Position numbers and translations under genes: made by a program
Origin: Steroidobacteraceae bacterium
GTDB taxonomy: Bacteria; Pseudomonadota; Gammaproteobacteria; Steroidobacterales; Steroidobacteraceae
Reading direction: 5' to 3'
Assembly: GCA_035504015.1 (NCBI GenBank)
Contig: DATJSR010000017.1
Span: 10,766-74,765 of the forward strand
DNA length: 64,000 bases
Shown: positions 9,254 through 17,964 of the stretch, piece after piece
How the letters are laid out: every line of letters begins with the position of its first letter
Numbering within the stretch: the stretch's first letter is position 1
The notes under the pieces: generated by a model
What the model saw: the letters and a program-made list of their open reading frames with translations, nothing else
Told to the model about the DNA's origin: nothing
Databases searched by the model: none

Positions 9254-12200
9254 TCAGCCGGGCTGCGTGCCCCGCTGGGAGCCGGCGCCGGTGCTCACCT
9301 GCTCGAGCGCCTCGAGCACTCGCTTGCGCTCGGCCGTCAGGCGCGCGAGGCGCTCGCGCAGCTCCGCCTCGCAGAGCGTGGCGGCGTGCTCCTCGAGCTC
9401 GGCGCACAGCTTGTGCAACGCCCGGGCATGGATGTTGGCGCTTGCGCCCTTGAGTGCATGCGCGAGCGAGGCGAGCTGCGCGCGCTCGACATGGCTCGCC
9501 GCCTCGCCCAGCCGCTCGAGCAACTCGGCGCTGTTGTGCGCAAAGGTCGCGATGAGGTCCCGGGCGAACTCGCGGTCCTCGCCCATCACCTGGTACAGGC
9601 TCGCGAGGTCCACGGAAGGCAGTGCCGGGGCCGAGGAAATGAGCCGCACGATCTCGGCTCCCTCGAGTGCCCCCTCGTCGGCGCTGCGCGCGCCCGCGGA
9701 GGGCGTCTCGGCGAGGCGCAGCCCGAAGCGGTCGAGGACTTCCTGGAGCCGCTTGAGATCGAGTGGCTTGGTGATCAGGTCATCCATCCCGGACTCGAGG
9801 CAACGCTCGCGCTGCCCGCTCATGGCGCTTGCCGTGAGCGCGACGATCGGCGTACGCGCGCGGCCCTGCTCGAAGCGCCGCAGCCGCGCCGTGGCCGTGT
9901 AGCCATCCATGACGGGCATCTGCAGATCGATCAGCACCAGCGCGAACGGCCGCTGCGCGAAGTGCTCCAGCGCTTCGAGACCGTTGGCGGCGAGCGTCAC
10001 GCGCAGTCCGAGGCGCTCGAGAAAGCCGCGCGCGACTTTCTGGTTGACTGGGTTGTCCTCGACGAGCAGCACCTCGCCGCCATAGCGCGGTGCCGCGGCA
10101 CGCGGGCCCGCCTTGGCACGCGTGACACGGGATGCTCCCGCCTCGACGCTCGCGAGCGGCAGCACGAACCAGAATCGCGAGCCCTTGCCGAGCTCGCTTG
10201 CGACACCGATCTCCCCGCCCATCAGCTCGACCAGGCGACGCACGATGGACAGGCCGAGGCCGGTGCCGCCGAAGTGCCGTGTGGTGGAGGAGTCGGCCTG
10301 GACGAAGGGCTGAAACAGGGTCGGCAGCACCTCCGGCGCGATGCCGATGCCGGTGTCGCGAACCTCGAAGCGCACCAGCACGCGCCCGTCCTGCCGGCCG
10401 AGCACCGTCACCTCGGTATTGACCTCACCGCTCTGGGTGAACTTGATGGCGTTGCTGAGGAGATTGAGCAGACACTGGCGGATGCGCTGCGGGTCGCCCT
10501 TGACGAGCCGCGGGACCTCCGCGTGCACATCGAGGCCCAGGCGCAGACGCTTCGCGTCGGCTTGCACGCTCAGCAGCGCGCGCACTGCCGCGACGCTCTC
10601 CGGCAGATCCATCTCGATGGATTCGACCTGCAGCTTGCCTGCCTCGATCTTCGACAGATCCAGGATGTCGTTGATCACCGTGAGGAGCGAAGTGGCGCTG
10701 GCGCGAATCGTCTCGGCGAAGTCGCGCTGCTCGGGATCGAGCCGGGTGTCGAGCAGCAGGCTCGTCATCCCGAGGATGCCGTTCATCGGCGTGCGGATCT
10801 CGTGACTGACATTCGCCAGAAAGACGCTCTTCGAGCGACTCGCCGCCTGCGCCGCCTCGGAGGCGCGGATCAGCGCATCGCGTGCCGCGCGCGCCTCGCT
10901 CACGTCCTGAATGGAGCCGGCCAGGCGCAGCGGTCGGCCGGCCGCATCGCGGTCGGCCTCCCCGCGCATGCGTATCCAACGGTACTCGCCCGCCGCGTTG
11001 CGCATGCGCACCTCGAGATCGTAGGGCTCGTTGCGCTCGAAATGGGCGCGCTGCGCACTGCGGCAGATCTCCACATCCTCGGGGTGCACCAGGCTGTTGG
11101 GTGTGCGGGCGACGGAGGAGACACTGCCCATGGCATAGCCGAGGATGGCCTCGTAGCGGGGCGACACCCATAGGCTCTGCTCGGCCAGGTCCCACTCCCA
11201 CAGACCGTCCTGGGTGCCGCGGATCGCACGCTCGAAGCGCGCGCGCGTCGCCTTGAGCTCATCCTCCACGAGCTTTTGCTTGTGGATGTCCTGCACCGAG
11301 CCCGATAGCCGAATGGCTCGGTCTGAGGCATCGCGCTCGCACTGTGCACGCACCAGAAACCAGCGATAGGTGCCGTCCTTGCTGCGCAGCCGTGTCTCGT
11401 GGCTGTAAGGCACGCCCCGGGCGATCCCTTCGGCGCTCGCGCGCTCGCCGATCGGGCGATCCTCCGGATGAAACAGCACCGCGACCTTCTCGAGCGTGTC
11501 GACCTCGATCTCCCCGGGCTCGAAGCCGAGCAGGGCCAGGTAGCTGTTGGATGCCCAGTGCTTGTTGCTGAGCAGGTCGAGCTCCCAGTGTCCCTCGTGG
11601 ATCGAGAGGGAGGCGCGCTCGAGCCGCCGCTGCGCATCGTGCAGCTGCTCGGCCTGCGCGCGAAAGCGCTCGGCCGCCTCGATTTCCACCGTGATGTCGC
11701 GCGTGGCCCCGAGCGCACGCAGCGCGCGGCCTTGCGCATCGCGCATGAAGCGCTGGTACACCTGCAGGTGCCGCAGCTGCCCTTCGGTGTTGTAACGGCG
11801 CATGCGGATGGCGAGGCTGTCCTGGCCGCTCTCCAGCGCCTGCAGGGTCGCAAGACGGACTCTTTCGGCCTCGCCCTCGGGCATGGCAGCGAGGCGGCGA
11901 CGGCCGATCTGCTCGATGGGCAGATCCGGCTCGATGAGGTTGCCGCCGAGGCCATAGAACCAGGTGAACCGCTCCTCCTGGTAGTCATACTCCCAGCACT
12001 CGAGTCCCGCGGCGTGCACGGCCACGCTCAAGTGCTCGAGCAGCTTGCGCTCGTGCTCGGCGGTTGCGCGCAGCTGGGCGGTCGCTTCAACCTCCGCGGT
12101 GACGTCCCAGCTCACGCCCACCGAGCGGGCGGGGCGGCCGGACTCATCGAGCGTGGTGTGCGCGTAGGCCAGCACATGACGGATCGAGCCGTCGGCAAGG

Positions 12201-12508
12201 CGCAGCCGGTAGCGGAAGGAGGCGTCGGGGCTGCCTGCCTCGAGTGCCTGCGACATGGCCTGCTGTCCGATGCCGAGATCCTCGGGATGCACGAAGCGAA
12301 ACAGCTCGGCGCCGAGCTCCTGCCCGTAATGGCGGTTGTCGGCCGAACGCCCGAGGCGGTTGTCGTCCCAGGAGATGCGTTGGCTCTGCCAGTCGTATTC
12401 CCAGACGAAGATGCCGGCAGCCTGCGTCGCGACGCTCAGGCGCTCGAGCAATTGATGCTCGGTGAGCACATCGGAGTCCATCGACACAGCGGGCGAGCCC
12501 CTCACCAC
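9254..12508 (-). CDS. Cytoplasmic multi-PAS hybrid sensor histidine kinase (PAS x >=4, HisKA, HATPase, REC, HPt)
   Basis: Track ORF 9254..12508. It carries the H-box [12 protein letters not shown], the G-box [10 protein letters not shown], a receiver ([12 protein letters not shown]...DLQMPVMDG) and a C-terminal HPt ([12 protein letters not shown]). I saw no TM segment. The start is GTG 12508 or ATG 12481. Confidence 0.9.
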   Translation of the reverse strand: MVRGSPAVSMDSDVLTEHQLLERLSVATQAAGIFVWEYDWQSQRISWDDNRLGRSADNRHYGQELGAELFRFVHPEDLGIGQQAMSQALEAGSPDASFRYRLRLADGSIRHVLAYAHTTLDESGRPARSVGVSWDVTAEVEATAQLRATAEHERKLLEHLSVAVHAAGLECWEYDYQEERFTWFYGLGGNLIEPDLPIEQIGRRRLAAMPEGEAERVRLATLQALESGQDSLAIRMRRYNTEGQLRHLQVYQRFMRDAQGRALRALGATRDITVEIEAAERFRAQAEQLHDAQRRLERASLSIHEGHWELDLLSNKHWASNSYLALLGFEPGEIEVDTLEKVAVLFHPEDRPIGERASAEGIARGVPYSHETRLRSKDGTYRWFLVRAQCERDASDRAIRLSGSVQDIHKQKLVEDELKATRARFERAIRGTQDGLWEWDLAEQSLWVSPRYEAILGYAMGSVSSVARTPNSLVHPEDVEICRSAQRAHFERNEPYDLEVRMRNAAGEYRWIRMRGEADRDAAGRPLRLAGSIQDVSEARAARDALIRASEAAQAASRSKSVFLANVSHEIRTPMNGILGMTSLLLDTRLDPEQRDFAETIRASATSLLTVINDILDLSKIEAGKLQVESIEMDLPESVAAVRALLSVQADAKRLRLGLDVHAEVPRLVKGDPQRIRQCLLNLLSNAIKFTQSGEVNTEVTVLGRQDGRVLVRFEVRDTGIGIAPEVLPTLFQPFVQADSSTTRHFGGTGLGLSIVRRLVELMGGEIGVASELGKGSRFWFVLPLASVEAGASRVTRAKAGPRAAAPRYGGEVLLVEDNPVNQKVARGFLERLGLRVTLAANGLEALEHFAQRPFALVLIDLQMPVMDGYTATARLRRFEQGRARTPIVALTASAMSGQRERCLESGMDDLITKPLDLKRLQEVLDRFGLRLAETPSAGARSADEGALEGAEIVRLISSAPALPSVDLASLYQVMGEDREFARDLIATFAHNSAELLERLGEAASHVERAQLASLAHALKGASANIHARALHKLCAELEEHAATLCEAELRERLARLTAERKRVLEALEQVSTGAGSQRGTQPG

Positions 12509-12686
12509 GGCCGGATCCGCCGCACTCTAAGGATATGTCTGCAAAGCCACAGCGACGCGCGTAGCGAATCTCAGCGCCGGCGTATGAGAGCCCCGTCACA
12601 TTGCCGCGGCGCGAGCACCCCGCAGCCCGGGAACGGCCAGCCCTCGCCCGCGTTTAGCTCCAGGTACACCGTTCGGGAACGAGTCC

Positions 12687-14915
12687 ATGTCACGGACACT
12701 CAGGCCCATCGGCATCGGCATCGCCGTGCTACTGCTGCTGCTGCTGCTCGCTATTGCCTTCTTCGACTGGAACTGGGTGCGCGGGCCGCTCTCGCACGCG
12801 ATCTCCGCTCGCATCCACCGGCCGGTCAGCATCGCGGCGCTGCACGGTGCGCTGTTCTCGCCTCATCCCCACGTTCGGGTGAGCGGGCTCGAGATCGGCA
12901 ATCCCGCCTGGGCGGGCGGCGGGCAGATGCTCAGCATCGAGCAACTGGATATCCAGTTCAGGTTCTGGCCGCTGCTCACGGGGAAGCTGGTGCTGCCCCG
13001 TGTGACGGTGCTCCGGCCGGACGTACGTCTGTATCGCGCCGCCGACGGACGCGCGAACTGGGAGCTCGGCGGGGAGTCGCAGCGCGCCGGCGCGAAGAAT
13101 CGGTCGACGCGCTTGCCACTCTTGCACGAGCTGCTCATCGAATCCGGCAAGCTCAGCGCTCGGGACGAGGTGCGCAAGATCCGCTTCGAGGGGACGCTCG
13201 CCGCGCAGGCGGCGAACGGCGTCGCGTCGCAAGAGGCAGGCGCGGCCGGCGCGGCGGCGAGCGCATCCGCGGAGAGCTCGGCCGCCTCTCCCTCGCACGT
13301 GGCGAGCGCGGTGAGCGCCAGCGCCCGCAGCTCCGGGGAAGACGTGGCCAGCGCCCGGCAGCAGGCGAGCCAGGTGGCGGCCGATACGGGCACGGGATTT
13401 TTGCTCCAGGGCAACGGTGAGCTCAACGGCAAGCCCTTCACGCTGCGCATGAGCGGCGGCCCGCTCATCTGGGCGGAAAGCCACAAGCCCTATCCCTTCG
13501 ACGTGCGGATCTCGGCTGCGGATATCCGCGCGAGCGCTCGGGGCGTGGTGCCGCGCCCCTTCGACCTGGGTCAGCTCGATGTGACGCTGTCACTTGCCGG
13601 ACGCGACTTGGCCGATGGCTACTACCTCACCGGCCTCGCGCTGCCGAATACGCCGCCGTATTCGATCTCCGGACATCTGCGACGCGTCGGGATGAAGTTC
13701 GAGTTCAGCGAGGTTCAAGGCCGACTCGGGGGCAGTGACATCCATGGAGAGGTGACCGTACAGGTCGCATCGGGGCATCCGATCCTCAGCGCCGATCTGG
13801 TCTCGCACGCACTCAACCTTGCCGATCTGGGTCCAACCTTCGGTGGCTCCGCGCCGACCCCGGCCGAGGAGGTCGAGGTTTCGCATGCGAGTGGCCATCC
13901 CAGCAAGGCGGCCACCCACCGCGGCGTAGCCAAAGCGCTCACCAAAGGGATCACCGGCAAGGGTGCTGGTGAGGGCGGGAGCGCGTACCTGATGCCGACC
14001 GCCAAGCTGCAGGTAGAGCGGCTGCGGGGCATGGATGCCACGCTGCACTATCGTGCCGAGGAGGTCCGAGCCCAGAGCCTGCCGCTGCGCCAGGTGGACC
14101 TGCAGCTGCGCCTGCAGGGCAACGTGCTGCGCATCGATCCCTTCACCTTCACGCTGCCGCAGGGCACCCTCGCCGGCAGCGCGGTGATCGACGTTCGCCA
14201 GAGCGTACCCGCCGAGGCGCTCGACGTGCGTCTCTCCAACGTGCAGCTCGCACAGTTTCACACCAAGCAAAGCAAACAACCCCTGATCGAGGGCACGCTA
14301 GTCGGACGACTGCGGGTGCATGGCAGTGGTGATTCGATGCACGCCTTCGCCTCGAGCGCGGACGGCACGCTCTCGATCGTGATTCCCCACGGAGACATCG
14401 AGCAAGCGTTTGCCGAGTTCGCCGGCATCGATGTGGTGCGCGGGCTCGGGTTGGTCCTCACGAAGAAGAGTCAGCAGACCCCGGTGCAGTGTGGCATCGC
14501 CGATTTTTCTGCGCAGCAGGGCGTCGCGACGGTAAAGCAGCTGGTGTTCGATACGCAGGTCGTGATCGTCACGGGCAAGGGCGACGTTAATCTGCGCGAT
14601 GAAAGACTCGATCTGCAGCTCAACGGACAGCCGAAGAAGTTTCGCATCGGCGTGTTGCGCACGCCCATCGAGATCACCGGAACCTTGCGCCATCCCGCGA
14701 TCGGCGTGAAGGCGAGCAAGCTCGTCGCTCAGGGGGCCATCGCCGCCGCCCTCGGCGTCATCGCCACCCCCTTCGCGGCGATCGCGGCCTTCGTCGATCC
14801 GGGGCTCAACAAGAATGCCAACTGCCAGGCGCTGCTTGCCGATGCAAAAGCCATGGGTGCCCCGGTGCATACGGCGGCAGCGAAGCCCGCTGCAAGCGAG
14901 CCGGCGAGTCGATAA
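12687..14915 (+). CDS. asmA: AsmA-family outer-membrane biogenesis/lipid-transport protein
   Basis: Track ORF 12687..14915. It has an N-terminal anchor IGIGIAVLLLLLLLAIAFF followed by AsmA-like beta-rich sequence. An Ala/Ser-rich low-complexity insert lies at about 13200-13390. Confidence 0.8.
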   Translation: MSRTLRPIGIGIAVLLLLLLLAIAFFDWNWVRGPLSHAISARIHRPVSIAALHGALFSPHPHVRVSGLEIGNPAWAGGGQMLSIEQLDIQFRFWPLLTGKLVLPRVTVLRPDVRLYRAADGRANWELGGESQRAGAKNRSTRLPLLHELLIESGKLSARDEVRKIRFEGTLAAQAANGVASQEAGAAGAAASASAESSAASPSHVASAVSASARSSGEDVASARQQASQVAADTGTGFLLQGNGELNGKPFTLRMSGGPLIWAESHKPYPFDVRISAADIRASARGVVPRPFDLGQLDVTLSLAGRDLADGYYLTGLALPNTPPYSISGHLRRVGMKFEFSEVQGRLGGSDIHGEVTVQVASGHPILSADLVSHALNLADLGPTFGGSAPTPAEEVEVSHASGHPSKAATHRGVAKALTKGITGKGAGEGGSAYLMPTAKLQVERLRGMDATLHYRAEEVRAQSLPLRQVDLQLRLQGNVLRIDPFTFTLPQGTLAGSAVIDVRQSVPAEALDVRLSNVQLAQFHTKQSKQPLIEGTLVGRLRVHGSGDSMHAFASSADGTLSIVIPHGDIEQAFAEFAGIDVVRGLGLVLTKKSQQTPVQCGIADFSAQQGVATVKQLVFDTQVVIVTGKGDVNLRDERLDLQLNGQPKKFRIGVLRTPIEITGTLRHPAIGVKASKLVAQGAIAAALGVIATPFAAIAAFVDPGLNKNANCQALLADAKAMGAPVHTAAAKPAASEPASR

Positions 14916-14921
14916 GGCTCG

Positions 14922-14953
14922 CGCGGGCGCGGGCAGTCACGCGGGCGCGGGCA
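14922..14953. repeat. 14-nt direct repeat CGCGGGCGCGGGCA x2 (4-nt spacer) in the convergent gap between asmA and the NYN gene
   Basis: Read directly from the sequence: copies at 14922-14935 and 14940-14953. An imperfect GC hairpin follows at about 14960-14990. It may be part of a bidirectional terminator; function is unknown. Confidence 0.5.
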
Positions 14954-14992
14954 CGGGACGCGCAGCAACGCGCGGGGCGCGTGTTGGCGCCG

Positions 14993-15883
14993 TCAACTGA
15001 TGTGGAGCAAGTAGCCGCCTGACTTGTCGTCGCGCTCGAGCGTGAGCAGCCGTCGGGCGGCGGCTTCCTCCAGCAGACGATTGAACGAGCGGAAGCCATA
15101 GTAGCTTTCGTTGAAGCCGGGCCGCACGCGCTTCAGGGCCTGCTTGACCATCGAGCCCCAGATCTTCTCCTCCTCGCCGCGCGCGGCGATGAGCGCGTCC
15201 ATCGTGGAGAGCACCAGATCGAAGGCCTCCTGCTTGCGATCCTCGTCCTGCTTGCGATCCTCCTCGGGCCGGCGCTCCTCATCCGGCTTGCGCTCCTCGT
15301 CCTTGCGCTCCTCCGGGCGCCGCTCCTCCTCGCGCTCCTTGCTTTCGGGCGCACTCGCGGCCGGCTCCGCGGCAGGCCGGCGCCGGCCACCGCGGCGGCT
15401 CTTCTGCTCGCGCACCAGATCATCGTAGTAGATGAACTCGTCGCAGCTCGCGATCAGCAGGTCCGAGGTCGAGTTCTTGACGCCTACGCCGATCAGCGCC
15501 TTGTTGTTCTCGCGCAGCTTGGCCACGAGCGGCGAGAAATCGGAATCGCCGCTGATGATCACGAAGGTGTCGACATGCGGCTTGGTGTAGCACAGGTCGA
15601 GCGCGTCGACGACCATGCGGATGTCCGCGGAGTTCTTGCCCGACTGCCTCACGTGCGGGACCTCGATGAGCTCGAAGCCCGCCTGGTGCATGCCGGCCTT
15701 GTACTCGCGATAGCGCTCCCAGTCGCAATAAGCCTTTTTGACGACGATCGAGCCCTTGAGGAGCAGCCGCTCCAGGACGCGCTTGATGTCGAACTGCGCG
15801 TAGCGGGCGTCGCGTACGCCGAGCGCGATGTTCTCGAAGTCGCAGAACAGCGCTAGATTGGCGGTCTCGACCTGCGAGCTCAC
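14993..15883 (-). CDS. NYN (LabA/PIN-like RNase) domain protein with C-terminal OST-HTH/LOTUS domain
   Basis: The start is GTG 15883 (GGGGAG SD upstream) inside track ORF 14993..15976. LALFCDFENIALG...GKNSADIRMVVDALDL...TFVIISGDSDFSPLVAKLRENNKALIGVG is a NYN/LabA core. It is followed by a 45-aa E/R/K/D/P linker and then AFDLVLSTMDALIAARGEEEKIWGSMVKQALKRVRPGFNESYYGFRSFNRLLEEA, which is OST-HTH-like. Confidence 0.8.
   Translation of the reverse strand: MSSQVETANLALFCDFENIALGVRDARYAQFDIKRVLERLLLKGSIVVKKAYCDWERYREYKAGMHQAGFELIEVPHVRQSGKNSADIRMVVDALDLCYTKPHVDTFVIISGDSDFSPLVAKLRENNKALIGVGVKNSTSDLLIASCDEFIYYDDLVREQKSRRGGRRRPAAEPAASAPESKEREEERRPEERKDEERKPDEERRPEEDRKQDEDRKQEAFDLVLSTMDALIAARGEEEKIWGSMVKQALKRVRPGFNESYYGFRSFNRLLEEAAARRLLTLERDDKSGGYLLHIS
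15230..15265 (-). repeat. Tandem 18-nt duplication inside the NYN-LOTUS linker (encodes EEDRKQ / DEDRKQ)
   Basis: CTGCTTGCGATCCTCGTC (15230-15247) is followed by CTGCTTGCGATCCTCCTC (15248-15265). The surrounding region 15195-15345 consists of related CTCCTC/GCGCTC motifs. Confidence 0.8.
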
Positions 15884-15911
15884 GAAGCGCTCCCCTGGTG
15901 GTGGCTCGGGC

Positions 15912-17084
15912 TCATGGGGCGAGGGGCTCGAGGATCGGCGCCTCGCCGAGATCCAGGCGCTTGGCGAGCGGCACACAGAAGATGTCGATCGGTGTGGAGC
16001 GACCCCGCAGCGTCATCGGCGGCAGCTGTATCGCCTGAATGGCGAGACCGCGCTCATCGAGCGAGCGCTTGATGCTGCCGGAGAACACCACCTCGCCCGC
16101 GCGGGCGCGCTGGCACAGCCGCGAGGCGATGTTCACCGCATCGCCGATGATCGTGTAGTTCATGAACATCGAAGAGCCGATGTTGCCCGCGACCACGTCG
16201 CCCTCGTTGATGCCGATGCCGAGCCCGGTCTCGATCTGATGGCGCTCGCGCCAGCGATCGGCGAGCACGGCGAAGCGATCGAGCATCTCCTGCGCGGCCC
16301 GGATCGCGCGCTCGGGACTGTCGTGCTGCTCCCGGGGCACGCCAAAGCCGATCATCAGACAGTCGCCCGCCATATGGAAAACGGTCCCCTCGTGCTGGAA
16401 GGTGATCTCCGTGAGCAGCGAGAAGTACTCGTTGAGCAGCGGCACCACCTCGTGGGGCGAGAGCCGCTCGGAGATGCCCGTGAAGCCGCGCAGATCGGCG
16501 AACATCACCACGGCGCGCGTGCGGATGTCGGAGGCGGCGAGAATGCTGTCGCGCAGCTCGGCGCTGCCGAGGATGCGATCGGCGAGCTGCGGCGAGATGT
16601 AGCGGCGGAACGTCTGGCGGATCTGCTCGCCACGATGCGCGGCCGCCTGCAGCGCGGCCGCGGCGGCCTGACGGCGCGCGGCGCTCAGGCGCGCGAGCGC
16701 GGCCAAACGTGTCAGCAGCACCTCGCGAGAGATTTGTCGCGTCACGTAGTCGTCGGCGCCGGCGGAGAAGGCGGCGACGCGGCCGCGCGCGTTGCGGCCC
16801 ACGATGATGACGGGCAGCAGCATCGTCGCCGGATCTTCCTTCAGGCGCCGGCACAGCTCGAGCGCCGACAGCTCCGAGCGCTCGGCGTCGACGAAGATCA
16901 GATCGGGGGCGAAGTCCTCGAGTCGCGCAATCGCTTCGGCAGCACTTGCGAACGACTCGAGCTGGAACTGCGGCCCGGAGGCGCCCTCCACGAAGTGCGG
17001 CAGGACGGCAGCGCAGCTGCCGGCCGCCAACACCCGGAAGCGACCCTCCTCGGGCGCGCCGTTGCCGTTGCGCACGTCGCTCAT
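15912..17084 (-). CDS. Receiver-like domain fused to a class III adenylate/guanylate cyclase domain
   Basis: Track ORF 15912..17084. The cyclase core is VVMFADLRGFTGISERL...GTVFHMAGDCLMIGFG...IGINEGDVVAGNIGS...NYTIIGDAVNIASRL. The N-terminal 120 aa are CheY-like (DLIFVDAERSE). Confidence 0.85.
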   Translation of the reverse strand: MSDVRNGNGAPEEGRFRVLAAGSCAAVLPHFVEGASGPQFQLESFASAAEAIARLEDFAPDLIFVDAERSELSALELCRRLKEDPATMLLPVIIVGRNARGRVAAFSAGADDYVTRQISREVLLTRLAALARLSAARRQAAAAALQAAAHRGEQIRQTFRRYISPQLADRILGSAELRDSILAASDIRTRAVVMFADLRGFTGISERLSPHEVVPLLNEYFSLLTEITFQHEGTVFHMAGDCLMIGFGVPREQHDSPERAIRAAQEMLDRFAVLADRWRERHQIETGLGIGINEGDVVAGNIGSSMFMNYTIIGDAVNIASRLCQRARAGEVVFSGSIKRSLDERGLAIQAIQLPPMTLRGRSTPIDIFCVPLAKRLDLGEAPILEPLAP

Positions 17085-17629
17085 CGCAGGCTGCGGGCGC
17101 TACCGGGCGCCGGCGGCAGGCGCAGGGCAACGGCACTGTCCTCGCCGCTCGCGCTCTCCAGCCGCTCGACGAGCTGATCCACCAGCCGGCTGAGGAACTC
17201 CACTTCGAGGCTCGACATCGAGCACAGCAGGAACCGCGACATGCGGTCCATGTCCGGGACGAAGGATCGGCAGACGCTCCATCCCCGGGCGGTGAGGCGC
17301 AGTATCTTGCGCCGGCCGTTCTGCGGGTCCCGCCGCTCGGCGATGCGTCCCTGGCGTCGCAGCGTCGCCACCGAGCGGCTGACATTCATCGGGTGCATAC
17401 CGGTTGCCTGGCACAGCTCGTGCGCGGCGGCGTTCGACAGCGAGGCGAGGGTCACGAGCACGCGAGCATCGTTGATCGTGAGGTGATAGCGCTCGGCATA
17501 GCGTGAGAAAAAGGGCCGGTTGATCAGGTTGGTGAGCTTCATCAGGCGGTACCAGACGCTCTGCTGGAACAGGGCGGCCGTGGCGGATGCCGCCTGCAGC
17601 TGCGCCGGCCCCGCGTGCTCCTCGGGCAC
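17081..17629 (-). CDS. MarR-family transcriptional regulator
   Basis: This is the 3' part of track ORF 17081..17848. LTINDARVLVTLASLSNAAAHELCQATGMHPMNVSRSVATLRRQGRIAERRDPQNGRRKILRLTARG is a MarR winged helix. I place the start at GTG 17629 because third-position GC collapses upstream of it; ATG 17701 is the alternative. The stop overlaps the cyclase ATG (ATGA). Confidence 0.75.
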   Translation of the reverse strand: MPEEHAGPAQLQAASATAALFQQSVWYRLMKLTNLINRPFFSRYAERYHLTINDARVLVTLASLSNAAAHELCQATGMHPMNVSRSVATLRRQGRIAERRDPQNGRRKILRLTARGWSVCRSFVPDMDRMSRFLLCSMSSLEVEFLSRLVDQLVERLESASGEDSAVALRLPPAPGSARSLR

Positions 17630-17677
17630 GGTTGCGGCAGCACCCAGGGCCTCTCTCCCACGCGCCGTTCTCGCTCC

Positions 17678-17688
17678 ATCGAATCGAT
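17678..17688. promoter_or_regulatory. Perfect 11-nt palindrome ATCGAATCGAT, candidate MarR operator
   Basis: Read directly from the sequence. It lies 49 nt upstream of the preferred marR start (GTG 17629). Confidence 0.3.
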
Positions 17689-17927
17689 CTGGCTTGCGCA
17701 TTCGCCTCGCTAACGAAACCTTACCCGCCTGCAGCCCCAGGGCTCCCGGCGGCCGGCCGCGCGGGTCTGTGGCACGCCCAAGCCTCCGACGCTCGTGCTC
17801 CGGCGCGGCGAAAGTGTGTGGGCTCGCCTCGCCGACTGTCAACGCCATGGCGGCTCCGGCGCCTGAAGCCGGGCCGCAGGCTTGTCTTGAGCACCGTGGC
17901 GGGCGCTCGGCGCTCGCTGGCCGCGAT

Positions 17928-17933
17928 TATAAT
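17928..17933 (+). promoter_or_regulatory. Consensus -10 hexamer TATAAT upstream of the FAH gene
   Basis: A perfect TATAAT lies 32 nt upstream of ATG 17965 in otherwise ~70% GC DNA. There is no good -35 at 17-nt spacing. Confidence 0.3.
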
Positions 17934-17964
17934 GCTGCGCCGTGAACGAGCTGCAGATGCGTGC

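Noticed and set aside
14993-17084. Reading the cyclase plus NYN nuclease pair as a Pycsar/CBASS-like antiphage signalling system.
   Set aside because: The NYN-LOTUS protein has no recognisable cyclic-nucleotide sensor domain (no CAP-ED, SAVED, CARF or TIR). The cyclase carries a receiver-like input domain rather than being a minimal defence cyclase. The neighbours are housekeeping genes, with no other defence or mobile genes nearby. I keep it as an unexplained regulatory module, not as a defence system.
17630-17848. The long N-terminal extension of MarR implied by the track ORF start at 17848, or by ATG 17701.
   Set aside because: Third-position GC drops to non-coding levels upstream of GTG 17629, and the extra residues are Arg/Pro/Gly-rich with no MarR counterpart.
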